Positions 19,101 to 27,484 of a DNA stretch of 32,000 nucleotides are shown one piece after another (the first letter of the stretch is position 1; each line of letters starts with the position of its first letter). The notes beneath the pieces are model-generated. The model was not told the origin of the DNA and searched no databases. It saw nothing but the letters and a program-made list of their open reading frames with translations. Source of the stretch: Bacteroides phage crAss001. The stretch lies in the sequence record NC_049977.1; one strand, 5' to 3'. Made by a program: the position numbers and the translations under genes.

Positions 19101-22100
19101 ACAGATGGTACAAAAGGAACCACATCAAAAGATACAACTGGAGATAGTGGTACAACAACAGTTCCACCAGTTAATGCTGGACCAGTTGATACTTATGAAC
19201 CTCCTGTAGGTAATATTACCCCTCAAATGGTAGCTGAGGAAAATAAGAAAGCCAATGAAAATGCTCCTACTCCTCAATCATTGGATAAGGATGCAAAGGG
19301 TAAGAGGCAGTATTATAGACCTACTATTCCTGAATTGCATATTAATGCAAGTAAGGATGGAGATTTCAGACCTTTCAATGTAGTAGTTGCAGAGAAAGAG
19401 AACTTGAACTTTGATGAACTTTATAACTATCTTAGAGATAATAGAGCTTTCAGTTATGTAAATGAAGGTAATCTAAAGGTAGGTGATGAACTTGGCTTTA
19501 TGATTGACCCTGAATTCAATGACCATACAATCTTTATTGTAGATAAGAGAAATAACCAAATAGTTGGTTCATTAGATGAAAGTCAGTATGTAGTAGATAG
19601 ATATGAAGGGTTATCAGGTCTTATTGAAAGAGTAAAAGAAGAGTTCAATCAGACTGGAAAGGATAAGAAGTTTATAGCTACTCCTACTACAAGAGTATCT
19701 CAGATAATGGTTGGTAGAATACCTTATGGTACAGAAGAAAGAAACATAGGAGAAATACCTAATGTATCTTCAAATTCTATCTTTGGTATTGTAAAGAATG
19801 GTGTCCTATCTACTAATGGTAGAATCAGTGATGATTTAATTACCAAGCCAATGGATATGAGCCAAAAGGAAGGTAGGATGTATATCCTTATTCCTAATGC
19901 TGCTGGTAAATATAGTCCTGCTGCTGTAAGGGTTAAGCACTTCAATGAAAGTGAATATAATCCAGAAGATGTTACTATTAATTCAACTCCTTTATATAAG
20001 AATATAAAGAAGAGTATTGATGCTTTAGCTAATGCTTTTACAGAGGAAGATGTTAATAATGCAGTAAAAGACTTGGCAAGAAGTCTATATATTGGGGATG
20101 TCCATATTGACTATATACAAGGTAAGAATGGTAATGGTATCAGGTTTACTAAGGTTCAGAGAGATGCTAATAAGAATGAAATCTATGATGAAGTAGATGG
20201 TAAGAGAGTCAGAAGAGAAGATGCAAGAACTGTATTCTTAACTGAAAGATGGGACCCTAATGTTCTCTATGAATTAGGTGGAGAGGGTGTTAAAACTCAA
20301 CCTGATACAAGAGATTCACAGGAAGTAGCCAGTGAAATACAAAACATTTTAATGGCATTCAATCTTCCATTACAGGTGAATTTAGGTATGCTTAATAAGG
20401 GAGGCTACAATAACATGTTACTCTCTTCTGGAGTAATGACATCTAATATAATAGATGCCAGTGTAAAAAGTAATTGGTTTACAACAGATTACTTTGATAT
20501 ACAAGGCAACTTACAGCAAGCTCTAAACCCTGCATCAGTTAAGGCTGAGGAAGGTAGAAAGATACAAACTCCTGTAGGAGGTACAGAGGGGGCTATTGCA
20601 GGAACTACAGTTTCATTTGATAATACTACATACCATGTAGATTTGACTTCAAATACTGTAAGGGATAATAATGGCAGAACTCTTAACTCTTTCCCAGAGT
20701 CTATTCTTGATATGGCTTATATACAAGAAAACTATGGGGATGCTCAGAATGGTTCTATGATGATGGGGGGTATCACCCTTCTTCCTAATGGTAAGGTTCT
20801 GAACAGAAATACAGGTCAGTATGTAACTGGTGCTGCATCAGATAAATTCAAACAGAAATTAGCTGATAGAAAGAAGACTGTAGCTGACTCTAAGAAGGTT
20901 ATAGACCAGATTGCAGAGAACCAAGCTAAGGTTGATAAGACAAGAACTGATAGTGAGTTCTATTATATCCTTGAGGATGATGGTGAATACCATGAATATA
21001 AGAGGGTACATTCAGTATTAGGAAGTAATTGGATTGAGTCTCCTAAGCAAACTAAAGCTCTACAGGATTTAAGAGTTAATCTCTCAAAGAATGCAGATAA
21101 TATAACACAGTTCAATAACTACCTTAAGAACTTAAGTAACCATTATGGTGTAGACCTTACAGCTTTTGAGGGTAAGATAGATGTAAGAAGTAGAGATACT
21201 ATTGTGAATATAGTAAGAGATAAGATGTCTGGAACTAATTCACAAAGAGCATTAGAAGCAGGTACTTCTGTAGATAGTGTAATCAGAAACTTCTTCACAT
21301 CAAGTGAAATGCCAGTTAAACCAAGTAATATGTCTGAACAGGCATTCAATGATTTGGTTACTTCTCTTACTGAAATTAAGAGTAATATTGAAGCAAGGGG
21401 TGAGACATTCCTTACTAATAATATAGTACTTTTCAATAAGTATGAGAATGGAAACAGGGTAGCTGGTGAGGTTGATATTCTCTCTGTAGATGCTAATGGA
21501 AACTTCAAGATATATGATGTTAAGACAAGTAGATACAGTTTCTATGACTTTGTTGATAGGAATGGTAGAAAGGTTAATTACTTCAAGAATAAATCTAATA
21601 CCCAAACAATGAGTCAGGAGCAGTATTATACTAAACAATTAAGTGCTTACAAGAACTTATTTGAATCCCAATATCATACTCCTATCACTACTTTAGCTAT
21701 ATTACCCTTTGTACTTGAGTACAACAAGGATAATGTTAGTAGAGTAAATAAGGAGAAAGGTATTCTTCTTAACTATGATTCATCTGTGAATGTTCCTTTA
21801 GTTGGTAGTGTAGCTACTCCAGAAGTGAGTAATACTGATAGTAGCTTACCTATATTCAACAGTACATGGGAAACAAGAGAACCTATAAATAATGTTCTAC
21901 CAGACTATAGTATGTCAGATAGTAAAGTAGGTTACTTCTTGAGAGATGGAAAGTTGCATACAGGTTATCTAAGTCCTATTGGAAAGGTGAATGGAGTTGA
22001 GGTATATATGACTAAGGTTCCTAATATCACTAAAGGATTTGGAGACCAACCTGCACATGTTGCATCTAATGATTTCTATGCAGTATTTCCTAATGGTAAT

Positions 22101-23144
22101 ACTATTGCTTTAGTAAAGAATGCTGTACTGTCATATAGTGAGACTGAGGCTAAGAACAATATAAAGAAGATACTGGAAGGTAATCCTCAGAGAGTTGTAG
22201 ATATGTCTCAGGAAAGTACTATACTTTATACTCCTTCTACTGAACCAGTTAAGATTGAGAAGCCTATTATCCCTGCTACTATTAATCAGTCAGATGCAAG
22301 TGGTGCTCAGGCTACAGTAGCTAAAGAGCAAGCTATTAATCAGACTGATGAAGAGTTTGATGTAGAATTTGAATTAAGACAAGTAGATAAACTTGATAGA
22401 CCTGTATGGAATAAAGAGAAAGAACTATCTTGGCTTAATAAGGTTCTACCTCAATTGAGTGAGGATGGAAGAATCCAAATAAGTAATGGTCTTATTGAAG
22501 TTGCTGGTAAAGGAGCTATAGCATGGGGTCAATTTAAAGAAGGAGTAGTAACTCTTTCTGATATTGCAGCAGAAGGTACTACATACCATGAAGCATTCCA
22601 TGTTGTATTCCAGCTAATGACTTCTGAGGAAAATAGAGCAAGACTATTTGAAGAAGCTAAAGCCTTGTATGGTAATATTAGTGAGAGAGACCTTGAGGAA
22701 AATATGGCAGAAGGATTTAGAAGATTTGTCATGGCAAGTAATGTGAATAGTCCTTCTGTTGTAACAAGAATCAAGGATAGTATGGAACTTGCTGCTGAAT
22801 ATATGTTTGGTGATGATGTAGAGTCTCAAAAGGCTCTGGATGAATACAAGAGTAAACATTCAAATGATAAGTCATTACTTAATCATATCATTGATTTCTT
22901 CAAATCATTAATATATAAAGTCAGATTCTGGAACTACTACAGTCCATCTCTGACAGCATTATATCATGACATTAATAATGGAAGATATAGTAATGCTGAA
23001 TATAGAGTTGAACCTTTAGGAAGTAAGAGAAGAGAACTTGATTATAGTAGTCTTTCAGATAGTATGAAAGAGAAATGGAGTGAAGAAAAGTGGAATGAAG
23101 TATCCCAAGAAGAAAGAGAGCAAGCATTAAGATGTAACTCTTAA
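16119..23144 (+). CDS. Giant putative virion cargo protein with RecB-like PD-(D/E)XK and zincin metallopeptidase motifs
   Basis: 2341-aa ORF. Motifs: GTSVDSVIRNFF; GEVDILSVDANGNFKIYDVKTS (21465-21530); QLSAY (21636-21650); HEAFH (22587-22601) followed by downstream acidic ENMAEGFRRF. Hydrophobic Gly/Ala N-terminal region. Confidence 0.75.
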   Translation: MANNQQIQDPSTQGVGGLRGLKSIDALKQEGLLRDVPHIDNIEDYKQVSNSALQRAVPQEVGFVGVNDSMYDEDITSMTQLDNLANTRGEMQPWYAQIGAGLAKGAVLAGTTFADGILGTIVGLGNAAATGTFSGFWDNPFSNAMQQVNEWSESVLPNYYTDAEQNDPWYENIFSANFIGDKFLKNLGFAVGAAYSGKISAGATSKLLGLNKARQAFKGAVTASGEALNPNAALQAYREGDLFLDGVRLTEELARDAKKLKMAEPTLKLTGAFSGALGEARIEAIQNSKDWFELHKQQLDDAQAKVAAQEQEAMLREFPQFAQYQISPDGKSFEQVLTPEGQAMLQARVDAKFDYNSGLQKLSEDRAKMGNIDFALNIPLLTVSDAWQFGKFYAGGYNTAKKGSQILRTVAEDGTVSYSAAKPSVLRNALKIASKGVAEGPYEEMGQAVAGKVAGYKYASELNDFYGAKIDPDAESETIDWLQATAKAIQQTYGTVEGWEEGFIGGLTGLVGIPGFRSTRNSEGGFQSPVYLQGGIKEDIQEIRERSEKDDAIVAQLNNRVQSPEFLNYYQSAIRHNAYQKQMDEAADNNDNFEFKNAEHNQLISDVIMFDKAGRINDLYDIIEEAGNIKEEDVEQIRQLTTNQETGTSVYDNMTDAEVIEQIQKQTQETKEAVDNYRKISQDLQVKIGDYFDEDGLEEMTYYFSNIDNLENRFKSVHEDIKDRLQGVLDASMDREFISDSDENKINRLSDFLNFSPVRLINELADSKEAQSYISLLDKALQTDPNKQDIIDEVNDLHKIAERRLDFIDKYDTYLRNPQALAQKQERQRENIIRENERQEIAKTKDAALAATNLNEFREALNNEPDSSKRQQILDELENEGNKMAKDYKEVQMYNSEVSRAIDRQPISPEAKANAQELLRTQHENANNLEEMANPNSVFINNPESLYDENLPDDLNMMNFAEAQYGLLSAMSEVNNDQRFKARFPSEYLKPVERTDGTKGTTSKDTTGDSGTTTVPPVNAGPVDTYEPPVGNITPQMVAEENKKANENAPTPQSLDKDAKGKRQYYRPTIPELHINASKDGDFRPFNVVVAEKENLNFDELYNYLRDNRAFSYVNEGNLKVGDELGFMIDPEFNDHTIFIVDKRNNQIVGSLDESQYVVDRYEGLSGLIERVKEEFNQTGKDKKFIATPTTRVSQIMVGRIPYGTEERNIGEIPNVSSNSIFGIVKNGVLSTNGRISDDLITKPMDMSQKEGRMYILIPNAAGKYSPAAVRVKHFNESEYNPEDVTINSTPLYKNIKKSIDALANAFTEEDVNNAVKDLARSLYIGDVHIDYIQGKNGNGIRFTKVQRDANKNEIYDEVDGKRVRREDARTVFLTERWDPNVLYELGGEGVKTQPDTRDSQEVASEIQNILMAFNLPLQVNLGMLNKGGYNNMLLSSGVMTSNIIDASVKSNWFTTDYFDIQGNLQQALNPASVKAEEGRKIQTPVGGTEGAIAGTTVSFDNTTYHVDLTSNTVRDNNGRTLNSFPESILDMAYIQENYGDAQNGSMMMGGITLLPNGKVLNRNTGQYVTGAASDKFKQKLADRKKTVADSKKVIDQIAENQAKVDKTRTDSEFYYILEDDGEYHEYKRVHSVLGSNWIESPKQTKALQDLRVNLSKNADNITQFNNYLKNLSNHYGVDLTAFEGKIDVRSRDTIVNIVRDKMSGTNSQRALEAGTSVDSVIRNFFTSSEMPVKPSNMSEQAFNDLVTSLTEIKSNIEARGETFLTNNIVLFNKYENGNRVAGEVDILSVDANGNFKIYDVKTSRYSFYDFVDRNGRKVNYFKNKSNTQTMSQEQYYTKQLSAYKNLFESQYHTPITTLAILPFVLEYNKDNVSRVNKEKGILLNYDSSVNVPLVGSVATPEVSNTDSSLPIFNSTWETREPINNVLPDYSMSDSKVGYFLRDGKLHTGYLSPIGKVNGVEVYMTKVPNITKGFGDQPAHVASNDFYAVFPNGNTIALVKNAVLSYSETEAKNNIKKILEGNPQRVVDMSQESTILYTPSTEPVKIEKPIIPATINQSDASGAQATVAKEQAINQTDEEFDVEFELRQVDKLDRPVWNKEKELSWLNKVLPQLSEDGRIQISNGLIEVAGKGAIAWGQFKEGVVTLSDIAAEGTTYHEAFHVVFQLMTSEENRARLFEEAKALYGNISERDLEENMAEGFRRFVMASNVNSPSVVTRIKDSMELAAEYMFGDDVESQKALDEYKSKHSNDKSLLNHIIDFFKSLIYKVRFWNYYSPSLTALYHDINNGRYSNAEYRVEPLGSKRRELDYSSLSDSMKEKWSEEKWNEVSQEEREQALRCNS

Positions 23145-23178
23145 GCATTAGGCTGAAATTTTTTATTAAGGTGTAAAT

Positions 23179-23214
23179 AAAAAGGGGAGGTAGAATAATC
23201 TACTTCCCCTTTCT
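23179..23214. terminator. Bidirectional terminator at the convergent junction
   Basis: AAAGGGGAGGTAGA (23181-23194) / loop ATAA / TCTACTTCCCCTTT (23199-23212): 14-bp stem with one wobble. On the - strand it is followed by TTTTTATTT, on the + strand by the pyrimidine tract CTTCTTTC. Confidence 0.8.
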
Positions 23215-23218
23215 TCTT

Positions 23219-23410
23219 TCATAGCCTTTCTAACCTTTCTTTCAAGCATTGATTATAGGTATTCATAGCAGTTGCTTGAACTTGTAGTAATGCTTTTTGA
23301 ACATCATCAATCTTGTTAAAATTATCACTAAGGATAAAACTACTTAACTTATTAAGCTTTTCTTCAAGTTGAACTTGTTCTTCTACTAATCTTGTTTTAA
23401 AATCACTCAT
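23219..23410 (-). CDS. Small conserved helical phage protein
   Basis: 63-aa MSDFKTRLVEEQVQLEEKLNKLSSFILSDNFNKIDDVQKALLQVQATAMNTYNQCLKERLERL, a pattern common among small uncharacterised phage proteins. Confidence 0.7.
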   Translation of the reverse strand: MSDFKTRLVEEQVQLEEKLNKLSSFILSDNFNKIDDVQKALLQVQATAMNTYNQCLKERLERL

Positions 23411-23432
23411 AACTTTTTTTTTTTATTTAAAA

Positions 23433-26400
23433 TTATTGTTTAAAGAATGGTATTTGGTCTTCAATATAAACACCTCTCATAATTGTATTATACATAGGAG
23501 CAAGAGGAGACTTAAGTAAACTCTGTTGAGCTTTAGACTTATCTTTGTAAGGTCCAGACTTAAGTATTGCATCTTCTCCATTGAATGTTTCATAGTTCAT
23601 TGGATTCATCAGATTGATTAGATTAAGAGTCTTTTCTACTGTATTTACACCAGCAGCAGGAGACTTTAATATCCTCAATCCTTCACCAACCATTTCTGGA
23701 GTAGGAGTAAGAGCACCTAATTCAGTATATAACCTCCTTAGTTGATACTCAATCATTTTGACTAACCAAGGTCTGTCCCTATCATCACTCCATTCTATCA
23801 ATCCAATAGCTGCTGCTACTGCAAGGAAGTGGGCTACCTCAGTTAATGCTCTCTTGACATTTGCCTGTTCTGTGGGAGTCATTTCATTCCACTTACTTGC
23901 AATATCAAACTGAGCTTTCCTTAGGTCTTGGAATAGGGCATTCATAAATCTGCCAGTAGTAAGGTAATAACCTTCTGTCCATGCTTCAAGGTCATAGTTA
24001 TATGTAGCTGATTTGAATCTTCTATTCAGTGATGGTTTAATCCATTTCCTGAACATCATACCCAATCTACCAATAGCCAATCTTTGTACTGCACTTCTAT
24101 CAGCTTTATTATAAATACCGTGCATTCTTTGGTTAATAGCTGCACTCTTTCTGCTGAACTTAATTATATCTTCTTGAGTAAAAGCTGAGCCATCAGCCTT
24201 AGTATAGCCTTGTTTTAGCTGTAATTTAGCACCTAACTTCTTGTTACTACTATCTAATGGTACAACCTCAAAAGCATCCCATAGACTTACTAACTTACCA
24301 TTAGGAGCCTTCATTTTATAAGCATCAGCCAGAGCTAAGCTGGTTCTATTCTGCATCCAGTGTTCACCAGCATTATTCATGAAGAATAAAGCAGATGTAC
24401 CAAACATTCTACTGAACCAAGTCTTCCTATCAAAGTTGACTTCTCTTGTATCTTGTTCATATTCCTGCATTACATTGAATAATTCATCCCATAAAGCTAA
24501 CTTATTAGTCTTTACCCTATCACCTAATTGAGCTAAGAATGATGGTAATTCCTTACCATAAGTTCTATCAGCTCTTAGGGTATTCTTTTCATTGAAGAAC
24601 TCTCCTGAGAAAGACTCAATCCTCATCATCACCTTACCAGTAGCTATATTGGAAACACCTGAAAGGACATTCAATGCCAAGTTATTCATAGAAGTCATTC
24701 TATTAATAAAGTTGGCTACCTTTCCCTTGTCAATATTAGTCTTACCAAATGTTCCTTCATCTGCCATATATTTTCCATATACCTGCATTTCAAAGAAGTC
24801 ATTCAGTCTTTCCATAAACCTTGACTTGTCTCCTGTCTTAGTTAATTTACTCTCAACCTTTCTGCCTACTGCCTTAAACTTCTCAACCATAGGTTTACCA
24901 CCTTCTGTCTGAGTAACCTGTCTTTCTCTCAGCATATCTCTACCTACTTCAAGAACATCAATGACCTTATTCATTTCATCAAAGTCATTAGCCATTGCTG
25001 CATAAGCAGTCATAGTGCCTACTATATCAGTAGATAAGTCATTAGCACTTTCTCCCTTCTTGAGCTTTGTAAAGTAGATAGGTAGCATTTGTACCTCTCT
25101 ATCCTCAAAGTCTTTTACAGTTGCCTTGTCTCCAAAGTCTGTATCATCAGTTCTCCTAACAAACATATCTTTGATACTTTCCCAAACTTGTTGAGTACCA
25201 GCCTTCACACTTTCAGAGCTTTTAACCCTCTCAACCAAATCTTTCCTAATCTTTACAGCACTATTCAGCTTAGTATATTTATCAGGAAGAAGAGCATCAA
25301 GTTTAGCCTTAATATCCATTACAGTAGTATAATAATCCCTCTGGGCTTTGTTTAGCCTTCTGAACTCCATACTTTCATAAATGGATTTCTTAGGTTGTCT
25401 AACTCCATCTACAGTCTCCATATTGGCATTGAACCAATTCTGTCTCTCTTCATTGTATTTATCAGCATTCTCTCCTACAGGATTTCTGCCATATTTTTCA
25501 TTGAGACTTTGGAACATAGTCCTCATTCTCTCTCTAAATAGAGCATGATTTATCTCACTGATATAATTACCACTTAGATTGCCTTTACTATCTCTCTCAA
25601 ACATCCACTCAGTGTCTTTCACACCAGCCTGTTCAAGTTTAATAGTGGCAGCTTGCAGTTCTTTCTGAATATCAATAGTCTTCAATCTGGCTTGTTCCTT
25701 GCTCTTTTTAACAGCTTGGTCCATAATCTTCAACATGTAATCAGATGAATCAGCCATACTATCCAGCCATCTATCAAAGAAAGAAATATCCTCATCAGCT
25801 ATTTTAACCAACTCTTCTGCATTTAGAGTCTTTCCTTTATATTTGCCAAATGGAACCACAAGGTTATCCCCTACAAAAGGTTTAATGAAATCAACAAATA
25901 GAGGCATGGAGATTGTATTATAGTCCACTGCAAGGTCATTAAGCATGGTAGTGACATTATCTAATGCAACCCTTACCCTTTGACCATATCTATTGTCTGT
26001 GGACTTCTCTTCCTCTCTTAGAGCTTCTCTTACTGAATCAGCTATCCTCTTATAACTGTACATGTAGTTCCTGATGTCCCTGAGTACTCCAGCCCTTTCA
26101 TTAAGATTGGTTGCAGGAGTATTTCTCAATACCTCAAGTCTACTGCTTACTTTCCTTAGTTCTTCAAGTGCATTATCAAGGAACATATAGATACCTTCAA
26201 TCTCACTATTATCAGCTAATTCAAGCTCTAACCTGTCTATTAATAACCTCTGATTGGCACTAAATTGACTGTTAGGATTTCTCTTTTCATAAATCTTGAG
26301 CCTCTTCAACTCATTATCTATAATCTTCTTCAAGAGAGTTTTATCTCTATCCACCCTTTCAGTAGTAGAATAGAATGCCTCAGAAGTAGCTATATTCTCA

Positions 26401-27482
26401 ACACTAATAGCTTCATCCATCTGTCCAGTAAGAATATCACCAGCCAGCTTACTAAAGCTACTCTCTGCCTCAAGCATTGCTTTTTGGAACTGTGAAGCCC
26501 CTAATCCTCTAAAGAAATTTTTTACAGCATTGATAAACCTCTCCAGAAGGGATTTATAAGATGAAGAAGGGATGGGTTCAGACTGTAATAAGTGTTTAGC
26601 AAGTAGTTTACCAGCAGCTTCTCTGGCTAACTTTGATTCATCACCTTTATATAGACTATCATAAGTAGCATAATCATCACCTAATATCTCACCTACCAAG
26701 CTATTATTAGCTAAGTGATTAACCAATCTATTGATAAGAGGATTATCACCCATTGCCTCAATAGCAAAGTGAGCAAATTCTTCTGGTAATGCTCTCTCAC
26801 CTTTAATACCATCAGCAAGTCTAATCAATTCAATTATACCTGTTGCAGCATCTCTGGCTTGACTAAAGTCTGTTACTCCTGCCACTCCTCTTCTCTGTTC
26901 TAAGTCTGTAAGAGCACCTATCCCAATGCCATTAGCAGCTAATATCTCCCTCAATCTATTATTAAGAGTGTAATTATACTGCATACTATTAGCTTCAAGA
27001 CTGTTCATCTTATTTCTTACTCTGACAAAAGGACTGATATAAACCCTATTACTTTCATTGTCCCATACCTTTTCAACAGATGCAACATAGTCCTCTCTAA
27101 ACTCTGATTGAGTATTGAATTGAATAGCCTTTTGGACTAACATTCTATAGTTCTCATCATTGTTCAGATATAACTTGGCTCTGCCTGTCTTGTGGTAATG
27201 ACCAATCTCTTCATTAAGGTTCTTTAGAATCTTCTGCTCATCAATAATACTTCTTAGATTAGTTTTCTTTAAGAGACTGCTTAGAGTAGGTTCACCATTC
27301 TCATCCATCTGTAACCTTGGATTCCAATTAGTAATAAAGTCACTACTCTTTGTAATGAGGTATATTCTTGTTGCCTCCTGTCTATTAGGGGCATAAGCCA
27401 GCAGGTCTTTAAATAACCTGCTGCTTACTACCTCATTTTTACTGTTCCTCACTTGAGGAATTATTGCACATTTCTTAGCCAT
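23433..27482 (-). CDS. Large putative virion-associated protein linked to the vRNAP module; contains a degenerate zincin-like site
   Basis: 1349-aa ORF starting 2 nt after the stop of the RNAP-type ORF; LPEEFAHFAIEA motif at ~26753-26795 followed by SKLAREAAGKLLAKHLL. Confidence 0.6.
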   Translation of the reverse strand: MAKKCAIIPQVRNSKNEVVSSRLFKDLLAYAPNRQEATRIYLITKSSDFITNWNPRLQMDENGEPTLSSLLKKTNLRSIIDEQKILKNLNEEIGHYHKTGRAKLYLNNDENYRMLVQKAIQFNTQSEFREDYVASVEKVWDNESNRVYISPFVRVRNKMNSLEANSMQYNYTLNNRLREILAANGIGIGALTDLEQRRGVAGVTDFSQARDAATGIIELIRLADGIKGERALPEEFAHFAIEAMGDNPLINRLVNHLANNSLVGEILGDDYATYDSLYKGDESKLAREAAGKLLAKHLLQSEPIPSSSYKSLLERFINAVKNFFRGLGASQFQKAMLEAESSFSKLAGDILTGQMDEAISVENIATSEAFYSTTERVDRDKTLLKKIIDNELKRLKIYEKRNPNSQFSANQRLLIDRLELELADNSEIEGIYMFLDNALEELRKVSSRLEVLRNTPATNLNERAGVLRDIRNYMYSYKRIADSVREALREEEKSTDNRYGQRVRVALDNVTTMLNDLAVDYNTISMPLFVDFIKPFVGDNLVVPFGKYKGKTLNAEELVKIADEDISFFDRWLDSMADSSDYMLKIMDQAVKKSKEQARLKTIDIQKELQAATIKLEQAGVKDTEWMFERDSKGNLSGNYISEINHALFRERMRTMFQSLNEKYGRNPVGENADKYNEERQNWFNANMETVDGVRQPKKSIYESMEFRRLNKAQRDYYTTVMDIKAKLDALLPDKYTKLNSAVKIRKDLVERVKSSESVKAGTQQVWESIKDMFVRRTDDTDFGDKATVKDFEDREVQMLPIYFTKLKKGESANDLSTDIVGTMTAYAAMANDFDEMNKVIDVLEVGRDMLRERQVTQTEGGKPMVEKFKAVGRKVESKLTKTGDKSRFMERLNDFFEMQVYGKYMADEGTFGKTNIDKGKVANFINRMTSMNNLALNVLSGVSNIATGKVMMRIESFSGEFFNEKNTLRADRTYGKELPSFLAQLGDRVKTNKLALWDELFNVMQEYEQDTREVNFDRKTWFSRMFGTSALFFMNNAGEHWMQNRTSLALADAYKMKAPNGKLVSLWDAFEVVPLDSSNKKLGAKLQLKQGYTKADGSAFTQEDIIKFSRKSAAINQRMHGIYNKADRSAVQRLAIGRLGMMFRKWIKPSLNRRFKSATYNYDLEAWTEGYYLTTGRFMNALFQDLRKAQFDIASKWNEMTPTEQANVKRALTEVAHFLAVAAAIGLIEWSDDRDRPWLVKMIEYQLRRLYTELGALTPTPEMVGEGLRILKSPAAGVNTVEKTLNLINLMNPMNYETFNGEDAILKSGPYKDKSKAQQSLLKSPLAPMYNTIMRGVYIEDQIPFFKQ

Positions 27483-27484
27483 AT

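Noticed and set aside
23411-23432. Poly-T run on the + strand (poly-A upstream of the 63-aa gene on the - strand) as a terminator
   Set aside because: No stable hairpin precedes it on either strand; more likely an A-rich leader of the small - strand gene.
26769-26783. Active HExxH protease in the 1349-aa ORF
   Set aside because: The motif reads EEFAH, lacking the first metal-binding His, so activity cannot be claimed; kept only as a degenerate-site finding.
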